Shown: piece after piece, positions 1 through 8,312 of the stretch
How positions within the stretch are numbered: position 1 is the first letter of the stretch
Layout: the number at the start of each line of letters is the position of its first letter
DNA from: a virus
DNA length: 64,000 nt
Virus record (IMG/VR): IMGVR_UViG_3300047554_000255
Span: 32,001-96,000 of that record
Direction: 5' to 3' (one strand)
Notes under the pieces: model-generated
Database searches by the model: none
Told to the model about the DNA's origin: nothing
What the model saw: the letters and a program-made list of their open reading frames with translations, nothing else
Program-made: the position numbers and the translations under genes

Positions 1-2
1 AT

Positions 3-848
3 CAGAAGAAAAGTATCTATAAGTTTAAGGACTTCTCAACAGATAAGGGTGGTGGGGCTATTGATTTAGTAAAGCATTTGTACCAGTGTAGCTTTGGACA
101 GGCAAGTGGAACTATTATTGAGGATTACAATGAGTTTATCTTACATAATAATGGAGGCTTTGATGTTCAAGAGTTTAAAAGCTATAGTAAATACCGTGTT
201 AAGGATACAACTACACGGCCCTGGACAACAGCAGATCAATACTACTGGACTAAGTTTAACATAGGCAGTAGATTACTTGATGAGCATAATGTTAGGCCCT
301 TACAATCCTACATTATGGCTAAAGAAGAAGACGGTCAACACAAAGAGCTTGAGATATTAGGCAAGCATTTGTATGGCTACTTTACTAGTGATGATCAGGT
401 GTATAAGATATACCAACCCACTGTAAAGGATAAAAAGTTTATTAAGGTTGCGAACTATATACAAGGTTCAGAGCAACTAAAAGGACATGATTACTTAGTT
501 ATTACCTCTAGTCTTAAAGACTTGATGGCATTAAAATCATTAAAGCTTAGTGTTGATGTGATTGCACCAGACTCTGAGAACACAATGATAAAGCAAGAAC
601 TCATTGATAAGTATAAGACTCAATATAAGAAGATTATTACTATCTTTGACAACGATGAGGCAGGACTTCGAGCAATGAAGAAGTATCAAGAGCATTATGA
701 TATACCTTATGTTCACTTAAAGATGAGCAAAGATTTAGCTGATGCTATTAGAGACTTTGGACCTAGAGAAGTAATGATCAACTTAGTTCCTTTAATAACA
801 AAACACGTAGTAGATAATGAGTCAGACAACTTGGATGCACAAGCGTAA
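3..848 (+). CDS. DNA primase (DnaG-like, TOPRIM), 5'-truncated by the window edge
   Basis: The frame is open from position 3 (QKKSIYKFKDFSTDKGGGAIDLV, typical of the end of a primase Zn-binding region). TOPRIM-like motifs LVITSSLKD and IFDNDEAG...SKDLAD follow. Confidence 0.8.
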   Translation, partial: QKKSIYKFKDFSTDKGGGAIDLVKHLYQCSFGQASGTIIEDYNEFILHNNGGFDVQEFKSYSKYRVKDTTTRPWTTADQYYWTKFNIGSRLLDEHNVRPLQSYIMAKEEDGQHKELEILGKHLYGYFTSDDQVYKIYQPTVKDKKFIKVANYIQGSEQLKGHDYLVITSSLKDLMALKSLKLSVDVIAPDSENTMIKQELIDKYKTQYKKIITIFDNDEAGLRAMKKYQEHYDIPYVHLKMSKDLADAIRDFGPREVMINLVPLITKHVVDNESDNLDAQA

Positions 849-1260
849 AGCTATCACTTCTCTTGATAAGCTTCCTAATTACCACGAACTAGAAGGATTT
901 GTCTATAAGATCACTAACCTAACAACAGGTCAGATCTATATAGGAAAAAAGTCTTTGTACCATACAAAGAAGAAAAGAATCTCAGCACGTAGTAAAGCAG
1001 AAACAAAAACAAGAAAGACATTCGAGTATATAAAGAAAGAGTCAGACTGGTTAAAGTATTATGGATCAAGCAAAGAACTATCAGCAGATGTTAAGTTACT
1101 TGGCGTAGAGCAGTTCTCAAGAGAGATCTTAGAGTTATGTAAAACAAAGAAGTACTTGACATATGCTGAGTTTGCTTGGCAAGTTAAGTTAGATGTATTA
1201 AGAACAAACTCCTATAACGGAAACATACTAGGTAAATGGTATGGTCGTGATATGGAATAA
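817..1260 (+). CDS. GIY-YIG family endonuclease
   Basis: GFVYKITN...IYIGKK motif, followed by W..YYGSS and F.REIL. Confidence 0.8.
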   Translation: MSQTTWMHKRKAITSLDKLPNYHELEGFVYKITNLTTGQIYIGKKSLYHTKKKRISARSKAETKTRKTFEYIKKESDWLKYYGSSKELSADVKLLGVEQFSREILELCKTKKYLTYAEFAWQVKLDVLRTNSYNGNILGKWYGRDME

Positions 1261-1271
1261 ATAAAACTATT

Positions 1272-1616
1272 ATGCCAGAACTACATGAAACACTGATGGG
1301 TCAGAAGCTGATATCAACAAATATCCCTGGTATCCATCACGAATTAAAACGCATTGCAGACTTGTTAGAAACTTATGTTGTGATGCAAACAAAAAAACTA
1401 AGACCTAGCGATGACAGAAGTATTGTTCTCGTAAAACCAGGTATATACAGAGTAACTCTCTGTGGAGATTTATGGACACTAGAACAAGATAGATTCAACT
1501 CAAAAATATGGAGAGGTGTATTAGAAACTAGTGTAAGTACAAAGAAAGTTGGTACATCAGTAAAAGCACAAACAAAAAGAGATGCTCTTATAATGATGGA
1601 AGAAAAGTATAGTTAA
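1272..1616 (+). CDS. hypothetical phage protein
   Basis: 114-aa ORF with an A-rich leader, tiling the operon. Confidence 0.6.
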   Translation: MPELHETLMGQKLISTNIPGIHHELKRIADLLETYVVMQTKKLRPSDDRSIVLVKPGIYRVTLCGDLWTLEQDRFNSKIWRGVLETSVSTKKVGTSVKAQTKRDALIMMEEKYS

Positions 1617-1617
1617 T

Positions 1618-1791
1618 ATGGAAGACCCAATTATTGAAGCTGTTATAGAACAGATGAAGGAAGACTTTGCGATGCAGGATGTAACAGCTATCTATGAATT
1701 ACTAGAGTTCCTTCCAAAGAAAAACTTATTAGGCTATCTACCAGAAGAGGTAGCAGAACAACTTAAACAACAAAAACATGGCGGACAATAA
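1618..1791 (+). CDS. small hypothetical protein (57 aa, not in ORF track)
   Basis: The ATG is 1 nt after the previous stop. It reads MEDPIIEAVIEQMKEDF...KHGGQ* and fills the operon gap. Confidence 0.65.
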   Translation: MEDPIIEAVIEQMKEDFAMQDVTAIYELLEFLPKKNLLGYLPEEVAEQLKQQKHGGQ

Positions 1792-1957
1792 AAACATTGA
1801 AGAAGCTTGTGTTGATTTGATTGGCTTTCTTGAAAGAATAGAGTCAACAACAAACGATAAGATAACAGGTGCTGAGATTCGTAATTACATGTATCAACAA
1901 GGATACTGGTCAAAAGAAGAAGAGCATGATCACAATAATGAATCAACTGGTATCTAA
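1778..1957 (+). CDS. small hypothetical protein (59 aa, not in ORF track)
   Basis: MADNKNIEEACVDLIGFLERIE...ESTGI*. It overlaps the previous ORF and stops 1 nt before the ATG at 1959. Confidence 0.65.
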   Translation: MADNKNIEEACVDLIGFLERIESTTNDKITGAEIRNYMYQQGYWSKEEEHDHNNESTGI

Positions 1958-1958
1958 T

Positions 1959-2957
1959 ATGGAAGAGCAAATATTAATGAATAGCTTCTATGAGAAGCCT
2001 TTTCAGTTTAGTTACAGTAGTCTTAGTAGATTACTATGGAGTCCAAAGTCTTTTAAAGACGTTTATATCAATGGTATAAGAGAAGAGATTGTTGCAGATC
2101 ACCTTATTAAGGGTAAGCTTATACATAATCTGATCTTAGAACCAGATAGTATTACAAAGAACTATATTGTAATGCCCACTGAGTTACCTGCTGCAAAAGC
2201 AAAGATGGTTATCGATAGAGTGTTTGCACACAAGCAACAACTACAAGATGACTCAAGAGAAGAGCTTGATCAGTTTGGTGGAGCTATCTTAGATATCATG
2301 GCTGACATGAACTACTTTCAGAACTTAAAGACTGATGCCCAGCGTCTTGATAAGATAATAACACTTGACCATCAAGTATACTGGTCTTTCTTAAAGATGA
2401 AGAAGGGTAAAGATCTAATCGATCAAGATACTTTAACGTTCTGTACAGAAGCAGTTAATACGATCAAGAGTCATGCAGATATCTGTGAGTTACTTGGTCT
2501 TCACCTAGATAGCATGTCTGGTAATATTGAGACAGTAAACGAGAAGATGTTCTATATAGAGAAGTTTAAAAACTACCCGTTTGGACTCAAGGGTATTATT
2601 GACAACTTAGTTATCGATCATGATAAGAAGATCATCTATATCAATGACTTAAAGACAACATCAAAAGATCTTATTAACTTTGATGGATCTATTGAGCATT
2701 ATGATTACTGGATGCAAGCTGCTATCTATGTTCAGTTAGTTAATGAAAACTATGCTGATCTTATTGGATACACTATTGAGTTTAACTTCGTTGCTATCGA
2801 TAAAAACTACTGCACATATGCCTTTGGTGTATCAGCAGAAAGTATTATTGCATGGACTGAACGATTAATAGATACTTTAAACAAAGCTAAGTGGCATTAC
2901 GAAGAAAGAAACTACTATCTTCCGTTTGAACTTGCAAGTAAAAAAGTATATTTGTAG
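1959..2957 (+). CDS. PD-(D/E)XK exonuclease (RecE/Cas4-like); likely start 1959 rather than 1869
   Basis: FSYSSL, G...H, KGIIDNL...INDLKTT and YWMQAAIY motifs. The ATG at 1959 is coupled to the upstream small ORF. Confidence 0.8.
   Translation: MEEQILMNSFYEKPFQFSYSSLSRLLWSPKSFKDVYINGIREEIVADHLIKGKLIHNLILEPDSITKNYIVMPTELPAAKAKMVIDRVFAHKQQLQDDSREELDQFGGAILDIMADMNYFQNLKTDAQRLDKIITLDHQVYWSFLKMKKGKDLIDQDTLTFCTEAVNTIKSHADICELLGLHLDSMSGNIETVNEKMFYIEKFKNYPFGLKGIIDNLVIDHDKKIIYINDLKTTSKDLINFDGSIEHYDYWMQAAIYVQLVNENYADLIGYTIEFNFVAIDKNYCTYAFGVSAESIIAWTERLIDTLNKAKWHYEERNYYLPFELASKKVYL
2925..2954 (+). promoter_or_regulatory. Bacteroidota sigma70-type promoter (-33 TTTG / -7 TAnnTTTG)
   Basis: TTTG at 2925-2928, an 18-nt spacer, then TATATTTG at 2947-2954, about 20 nt upstream of the ATG at 2975. 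Confidence 0.6.
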
Positions 2958-2974
2958 TATAAAACCAACATACA

Positions 2975-3550
2975 ATGATAGACGCACACAAGATACCATC
3001 GTTATATAGCAGATACTTTCAGAAGTCAAAGACGTTCTTATTACCGTTTGTTCTTACAGATCGTAAGTCAATGACTCAACCTGAGAATGTATACATTGCC
3101 TGGAAAGATAGATATACTGTAAAAGATAAGCGTTTGATTGTTGTTTATAAAGCAGGGAATAAATCCGCTGCGTTCAAGAAGGCGGAGGCTGTACTAACAG
3201 CTTCCCCTTTATTTGAATCAAGAGAAGAGTACAACGATAGGATTATCTTTATCTTTAACTTTACAAAAAAGAGAAGAGACTGGAAGTGTTTTATTGATGG
3301 TAAGTATTCTATGCTTGATGAGGATGCTAAACTAGACATCCTTTACTTCTTTAGAAAAGAACCAAAAGAGTGCACATATATTAACTCATACTTATATCCT
3401 GAATACCACTTTGATCACTACGCAAGCTTACTTGATGTTGATGTTAGAGTACTTCTTGAAGTAGGTGAACTATGTGATAAGTACGACGAAGACAAAGAAA
3501 CACTAACATTAGTTACTGAAGATTTGGAGATCTTAGAAAAAGCTATTTAA
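2975..3550 (+). CDS. conserved crAss-like hypothetical protein
   Basis: 191-aa ORF (SKTFLLP...DWKCFIDGKYS) in the replication module. Confidence 0.65.
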   Translation: MIDAHKIPSLYSRYFQKSKTFLLPFVLTDRKSMTQPENVYIAWKDRYTVKDKRLIVVYKAGNKSAAFKKAEAVLTASPLFESREEYNDRIIFIFNFTKKRRDWKCFIDGKYSMLDEDAKLDILYFFRKEPKECTYINSYLYPEYHFDHYASLLDVDVRVLLEVGELCDKYDEDKETLTLVTEDLEILEKAI

Positions 3551-3574
3551 TTTGTTAAAAAACCAAACAACATT

Positions 3575-3952
3575 ATGACACACAGTATGTTTATCATCTC
3601 CGCAAAGTGGGGAGAACTTGACAGTTTCCGTATGATTCCATCACACATTGACTGTCCTTATTCAGAATGTATCTATGATGCTTCTCAAGGTATCTTAGCT
3701 ATCATCTCAAAAGAGAAAAGACAAAAGTATCACTTCTTACCTAAGTTAGATGACCGTGGTAAAGTTATACCAGTAAAAAGAAAAGCAGGAGATCCAGAAG
3801 AGTTTACACCTTTTGCTGAAGAAAGACGTTTAATGGAATCATCTTACGAGTATTATATTGAGAATGCAGATGAGATCCTTGACTTTATCCAAAACATGCA
3901 TGACAATACTCAAAAGGTTCACAGTGATTACGAATCTTTGATAAAGAAGTAG
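3575..3952 (+). CDS. hypothetical phage protein
   Basis: 125-aa ORF with an AAAACCAAACAAC leader, followed by a terminator. Confidence 0.65.
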   Translation: MTHSMFIISAKWGELDSFRMIPSHIDCPYSECIYDASQGILAIISKEKRQKYHFLPKLDDRGKVIPVKRKAGDPEEFTPFAEERRLMESSYEYYIENADEILDFIQNMHDNTQKVHSDYESLIKK

Positions 3953-3971
3953 TTTAAGTTGCTAATGTACT

Positions 3972-4002
3972 AATGGGAGAGGTTCTGCTTCTCCCATTTT
4001 TT
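3972..4002 (+). terminator. intrinsic terminator
   Basis: AATGGGAGA-ggttctgct-TCTCCCATT followed by TTTT. Confidence 0.8.
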
Positions 4003-4045
4003 ATGCACTATACACGGGGGAACAGCTTAACTGAACAACTGCATA

Positions 4046-5992
4046 ATGAAAACTAAAGCACACTGGGTGATGGACTACGAGACAATCTGTAATTGTTTCA
4101 TGGCAGTCTTCATCCATTACAAGAATGACAAGGTCCGTAAGTACTTTGTGGTATCAGAGTTCAGAGATGACTTTGATGCTTACGTTGACTTCTTAAAAGA
4201 AAACGTTAAAAATCAAGAGTATCATATATCATATAATGGTCTTGGCTTTGACAGTCAGATCACTCAATACGTTCTTGAGAATCATCAAGAGTGGAAAGGT
4301 CTCTCACCTTTAGTTATTGCTCGTATAATCTACGGATATGCTCAGACAGTAATCAATAAGCAAGAGTTAAAAGAGATGCTTGACTATGCACCATACAAGT
4401 TGTCTATCAAGCAGATCGATGTATTCAAGCTTAACCACTGGGATAACCCTGCAAAGATGAGTAGTCTTAAGTGGATCCAGTATAGTATGGATTGGTTTAG
4501 TGTACTTGAGATGCCACATCATCACAATGATCCTATAACATCAGAGGAAACTCAAAGGATGGTACTAGAGTATTGTGTTAATGACGTTGAGAGTACGCGT
4601 AATATTATGGAGATTAGTAAAGAACAGATTAATCTACGTCTTAGCTTAAGCAAAGAATACAAGATTGACTTACTATCTGCATCTGAGCCACGCATATCAA
4701 AAGAGTTGTTTGCTTACTTCTTAACAAATAAGTTAAACATCGAAAAAAGCGTGCTTAAAAAACTACGCACGCCAAGAAAACAAATTATATTAGAGGACTG
4801 TATACTGCCTTATATTAAGTTTAAAACACCTGAGTTTAACAATCTACTTAACTTCTTTAAAAGCAAGGTTGTAGTGGAAACAAAAGGGGCTCTAGACTAT
4901 AAGGTTACATACAAAGGAGTTGATAGTTACTATGGTCTTGGTGGTATCCATGGTGCAACAAAAGCTGGTATCTATGAAGCAAAACCAGGATGGACTATTA
5001 TGTCAAGCGACGTAACGTCTTTCTATCCTAACCTTGCTATTAGAAACGGTTTTGCACCAGAGCATTTACCAAAGAAAGAGTTCTTAGAGTTGTACGAGTG
5101 GTTCTTTGAAGAAAGAAAGAAGATACCAAAGTCAGATCCAAAGAACTATGTGTACAAGATTATCTTGAACTCTACTTATGGTTTGAGTAATGATGAGAAT
5201 AGTTTCTTGTATGACCCACAGATGACTATGCAGATTACTGTAAACGGTCAACTACAACTATCAATGTTGTATGAGATGTTAGCAGAAGCTATACCTGATT
5301 GTCAACCATTAATGCAAAACACAGATGGTCTTGAGATGATGATTCCTGAAAAGGATGTTCAGACATACATGGACGTTTGTGCTGAATGGGAAAAGATAAC
5401 TAATCTTGGACTAGAGCATGATGAGTATAAGAAGATGATTATCGGTGATGTAAACAACTACATTGCTATCTATAAGAAAGAAGGTAAGACACCAAAGTGC
5501 AAGGGTCGTTTTGAGTGGGAAGCATTAAGTTCAAAGAGTGCATCAACGTTGCACAAGAACAAAAGCTTTCTTGTAATACCAAAAGGTATCTATGAGTACT
5601 TTGTTAATGGAGTTAAGCCCGAAGATTATGTTCGTAATCATACTAACTTCTTAGACTTCTGTGGTGGAGCTAAAGCAAAGGGTAAGTGGTTCTTTGAAAA
5701 GTATAGTATTGTTGATGGTGAAGAGAAGTTTGAAAAGCTTCAGAAGATTATCAGATACTATGTTAGCACAAAAGGATCTAAGATCGTAAAGAAAGAACCA
5801 GCATCTGGTAGAGCTATCCAAGTTCTTGCTGATCGATGGTTACTAACTGAGATGAATCTTATTAACGATGACACTGAAACACCAGATGACATCAACTATC
5901 AGTTCTATATTGACAGTATTAACAAAGAGATAGAAAACATCTCAAACATAAAGCAGTCTAACACAGGACAGCTTGAATTATTCGGTTTTTAA
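4046..5992 (+). CDS. polB: DNA polymerase family B with 3'-5' exonuclease
   Basis: Exo motifs VMDYET, SYNGLGFD and YCVNDV. Polymerase motifs SSDVTSFYPN, KIILNSTYG and QNTDG. Confidence 0.93.
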   Translation: MKTKAHWVMDYETICNCFMAVFIHYKNDKVRKYFVVSEFRDDFDAYVDFLKENVKNQEYHISYNGLGFDSQITQYVLENHQEWKGLSPLVIARIIYGYAQTVINKQELKEMLDYAPYKLSIKQIDVFKLNHWDNPAKMSSLKWIQYSMDWFSVLEMPHHHNDPITSEETQRMVLEYCVNDVESTRNIMEISKEQINLRLSLSKEYKIDLLSASEPRISKELFAYFLTNKLNIEKSVLKKLRTPRKQIILEDCILPYIKFKTPEFNNLLNFFKSKVVVETKGALDYKVTYKGVDSYYGLGGIHGATKAGIYEAKPGWTIMSSDVTSFYPNLAIRNGFAPEHLPKKEFLELYEWFFEERKKIPKSDPKNYVYKIILNSTYGLSNDENSFLYDPQMTMQITVNGQLQLSMLYEMLAEAIPDCQPLMQNTDGLEMMIPEKDVQTYMDVCAEWEKITNLGLEHDEYKKMIIGDVNNYIAIYKKEGKTPKCKGRFEWEALSSKSASTLHKNKSFLVIPKGIYEYFVNGVKPEDYVRNHTNFLDFCGGAKAKGKWFFEKYSIVDGEEKFEKLQKIIRYYVSTKGSKIVKKEPASGRAIQVLADRWLLTEMNLINDDTETPDDINYQFYIDSINKEIENISNIKQSNTGQLELFGF

Positions 5993-6002
5993 TAATATAG
6001 TT

Positions 6003-6389
6003 ATGACAAAAGTAAGTATCGATTTTGATGGTACACTCAGTCAACCAGAAGTCCAGGAGTTTGCAAAAGAGCTCCTGGATGCTGGTATTGATGTATGGGT
6101 AGTAACAACACGTTATGACGAGAATCACTTGCATAAGTATGCAATGGATTATCCACCAACGTTAGAAGATTTATGGGAAGTAGTTGAAAAACTGGGTATT
6201 CCAAGATGGAAGGTAAGATTTACCAACATGGAATGGAAGTATACCTATCTATGTGACACTGAGTTTGTCTGGCACTTAGACGATAATGACCACGAGATTC
6301 GTAGGGCTCTTTATAATAAGTGTAAAGTACCAATGATACAAGTTGCTCGCGAAGATTTTAAGGAAGAGTGTTTACGTTTAATCAAATAA
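6003..6389 (+). CDS. HAD-superfamily phosphatase
   Basis: SIDFDGTL (motif I), VVTTR (motif II) and HLDD (motif IV). ATG at 6003. Confidence 0.8.
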   Translation: MTKVSIDFDGTLSQPEVQEFAKELLDAGIDVWVVTTRYDENHLHKYAMDYPPTLEDLWEVVEKLGIPRWKVRFTNMEWKYTYLCDTEFVWHLDDNDHEIRRALYNKCKVPMIQVAREDFKEECLRLIK

Positions 6390-6391
6390 TC

Positions 6392-6820
6392 ATGAAAGTA
6401 AAAGTAAAAAAGCTGCATGCTAATGCAGTAGCCCCTAAGTTTGGAAAGCCTGGTGATGCAGGTGCAGATCTTACAGCTACAAGTATTGATACATCACGTG
6501 GTGGTCAAGTAGTATACGGTACTGGTATTGCTGTTGAGATACCAGAAGGAATGGTAGGACTTGTGTTTCCACGTTCTTCTGTACGTAACTTCCCATTAAT
6601 TATGAGTAACTCTGTAGGTGTTATTGATTCTGGTTACAGAGGAGAAGTTATGGTTACGTTTAATCTTACTTCAAAAGAATGGTTTACTGATCTTTATAAA
6701 GTAGGTGATCGTATTGCTCAATTAGTAATCATGCCTGTACCATTGATTGAGTATATGATTGTTGATGAGTTATCTGAAACTGAACGCGGAACTGGCGGAC
6801 ACGGTTCAACAGGAAAATGA
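6392..6820 (+). CDS. dut: trimeric dUTPase
   Basis: AGADL, PRSS, GVIDSGYRGE, GDRIAQL and RGTGGHGSTG motifs. Confidence 0.96.
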   Translation: MKVKVKKLHANAVAPKFGKPGDAGADLTATSIDTSRGGQVVYGTGIAVEIPEGMVGLVFPRSSVRNFPLIMSNSVGVIDSGYRGEVMVTFNLTSKEWFTDLYKVGDRIAQLVIMPVPLIEYMIVDELSETERGTGGHGSTGK

Positions 6821-7260
6821 CACACCTAAAGACTTGCTTATATCTTGATGATGTACGTACTCCACTAGAAGATAAGCCTGGATATCATCCATGGGTTATC
6901 GTTAGAAACTATGATCAGTTTGTTGAATACATAACTCAGCATGGAGTACCTGACTTTATATCGTTTGACCATGACTTAGGTAAAGAACATACTAATGACT
7001 ACTTTGCTCAAGTATTAGCTCAGGGTTTCCAAGATCCTAAGTACGATGACTATAAAGAAAAGACTGGTCTACACTGTGCTATGTGGCTAACAGAATATTG
7101 CATGGATAATAATGTTCCTCCAAAGACATGTGCTGTTCATAGTCATAATCCTGTAGGATCTAATAACATACAAAGTTGTATTAATAGTTTTAAGAAACAT
7201 CTAGGACTTCCTCAAGATTGTTATCTTGGAAGAGTACCTTTTAAAGTAACTGAAGAATGA
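6817..7260 (+). CDS. cyclic-phosphate-processing receiver-like domain protein
   Basis: LYLDDVR, ISFDHDLG, TG..CA.W and VHSHNPVG motifs. Confidence 0.75.
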   Translation: MTHLKTCLYLDDVRTPLEDKPGYHPWVIVRNYDQFVEYITQHGVPDFISFDHDLGKEHTNDYFAQVLAQGFQDPKYDDYKEKTGLHCAMWLTEYCMDNNVPPKTCAVHSHNPVGSNNIQSCINSFKKHLGLPQDCYLGRVPFKVTEE

Positions 7261-7973
7261 GAAAGAATCTAATAGGTATATCAGGTAAGATTGGTTCAGG
7301 AAAAGATACGGTTGGTAAAATCATACAGTATCTAAGTTCTGAATCATCTCAACAAAGAGGTAGAACGTTTGAAGAGTTTCTTAGAGGGAATAGTAATCCA
7401 GATGCTTATGGTTATTACTACCACTCTGATTGGGAAATCAAGAAGTTTGCTGGTAAACTAAAAGAAGTAGCTAGTTTGCTTACAGGTATTAGCGTACATG
7501 ACTTTGAGGACCAGGAGTTCAAGAAAACTGAGTTAGGTCCTGAGTGGAATCAGACAAGACTTTATAATAGCAATGCTCCGTGGATGACAGGTAATGAAAC
7601 ATACGAAGTACCTTTAACAGTAAGAGAACTCTTACAAAAAATAGGTACTGAGTGTATGAGAGATTGCCTACATGAAAATGTATGGGTCAACGCTTTATTT
7701 GCTGACTATGAATGTACTCACTCAGATCATTCCCCACATGGAGTTGACTGTTCTCAATGGCTTATTACTGATACACGTTTTCCTAATGAAGCACAAGCTA
7801 TAAAAAGCAAAGGGGGGATCATAGTTAAGGTAACTAGACCAGGGGAACAACAAGGTACTCACCCTAGTGAGACTGCTCTTGACGATTGGGACTTTGATGT
7901 TGTTATAGAGAACAACGGATCTATAGAAGATCTAATAGAAAAAGTTAAGATACAGTTAGGAGATATGCTATAA
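7257..7973 (+). CDS. deoxynucleoside monophosphate kinase (T4 gp1-like)
   Basis: P-loop GKIGSGKDT, plus FAGKLKE, RELLQKIGTE, ITDTRFPNE and HPSE. Confidence 0.9.
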   Translation: MRKNLIGISGKIGSGKDTVGKIIQYLSSESSQQRGRTFEEFLRGNSNPDAYGYYYHSDWEIKKFAGKLKEVASLLTGISVHDFEDQEFKKTELGPEWNQTRLYNSNAPWMTGNETYEVPLTVRELLQKIGTECMRDCLHENVWVNALFADYECTHSDHSPHGVDCSQWLITDTRFPNEAQAIKSKGGIIVKVTRPGEQQGTHPSETALDDWDFDVVIENNGSIEDLIEKVKIQLGDML

Positions 7974-7978
7974 TTAAG

Positions 7979-7986
7979 TATCTTTG
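7979..7986 (+). promoter_or_regulatory. Bacteroidota -7 promoter element TATCTTTG
   Basis: Exact TAnnTTTG match in intergenic DNA. The -33 element is weak (TTAG). Confidence 0.5.
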
Positions 7987-8016
7987 TATCACTTGTATGT
8001 TATTGTGTAGTTCGGT

Positions 8017-8058
8017 TGCTACCTACCTTCCAAACGGAGAAAGGCAGCATTTTTTTTT
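8017..8058 (+). terminator. intrinsic terminator-like hairpin
   Basis: Imperfect stem TGCTACCT..TTCC-aaac-GGAG..AGGCAGCA followed by T9. Confidence 0.6.
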
Positions 8059-8076
8059 CACTTAAACTAACAAGCA

Positions 8077-8283
8077 ATGTTTGCAAGCATAGAATTATCA
8101 GTACAGGACCTAGAAGACTTTACGTTTGAACTAGGTATAACTCTTAACAAATACCATGAATCAACAGCTGATCATCAATGGACAAGAAAAGAGCTATCAT
8201 TTGGCTTCTTATTGTTTTCTATAAAGCTAAACTGGATCTTTGACCTAGAAATGTATCAAGGAGAACAAGATGAAGAAGAATAA
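8077..8283 (+). CDS. small hypothetical protein
   Basis: 68-aa ORF, the last gene of the + arm. Confidence 0.55.
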   Translation: MFASIELSVQDLEDFTFELGITLNKYHESTADHQWTRKELSFGFLLFSIKLNWIFDLEMYQGEQDEEE

Positions 8284-8312
8284 AAAAGGGGCCCTTAAAG
8301 CCCCTCTTCTTT
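8282..8312. terminator. bidirectional terminator at the convergence of the two genome arms
   Basis: A6 / AGGGGC-ccttaaa-GCCCCT / CTTCTTTT between the convergent stop codons at 8283 and 8312. Confidence 0.75.

Noticed and set aside
1869-1958. N-terminal extension of the PD-(D/E)XK nuclease from GTG 1869
   Set aside because: It overlaps a better small ORF (1778-1957); the ATG at 1959 is the coupled start.
3523-3554. Host-type promoter upstream of 3575 (TTTG-N20-TTAATTTG)
   Set aside because: The -7 element mismatches the conserved TA; plausible but not supportable.
7997-8065. 22-aa leader peptide MLLCSS...HFFFT with a Phe run (attenuator)
   Set aside because: The Phe codons are simply the terminator T-tract, and there is no amino-acid biosynthesis context.
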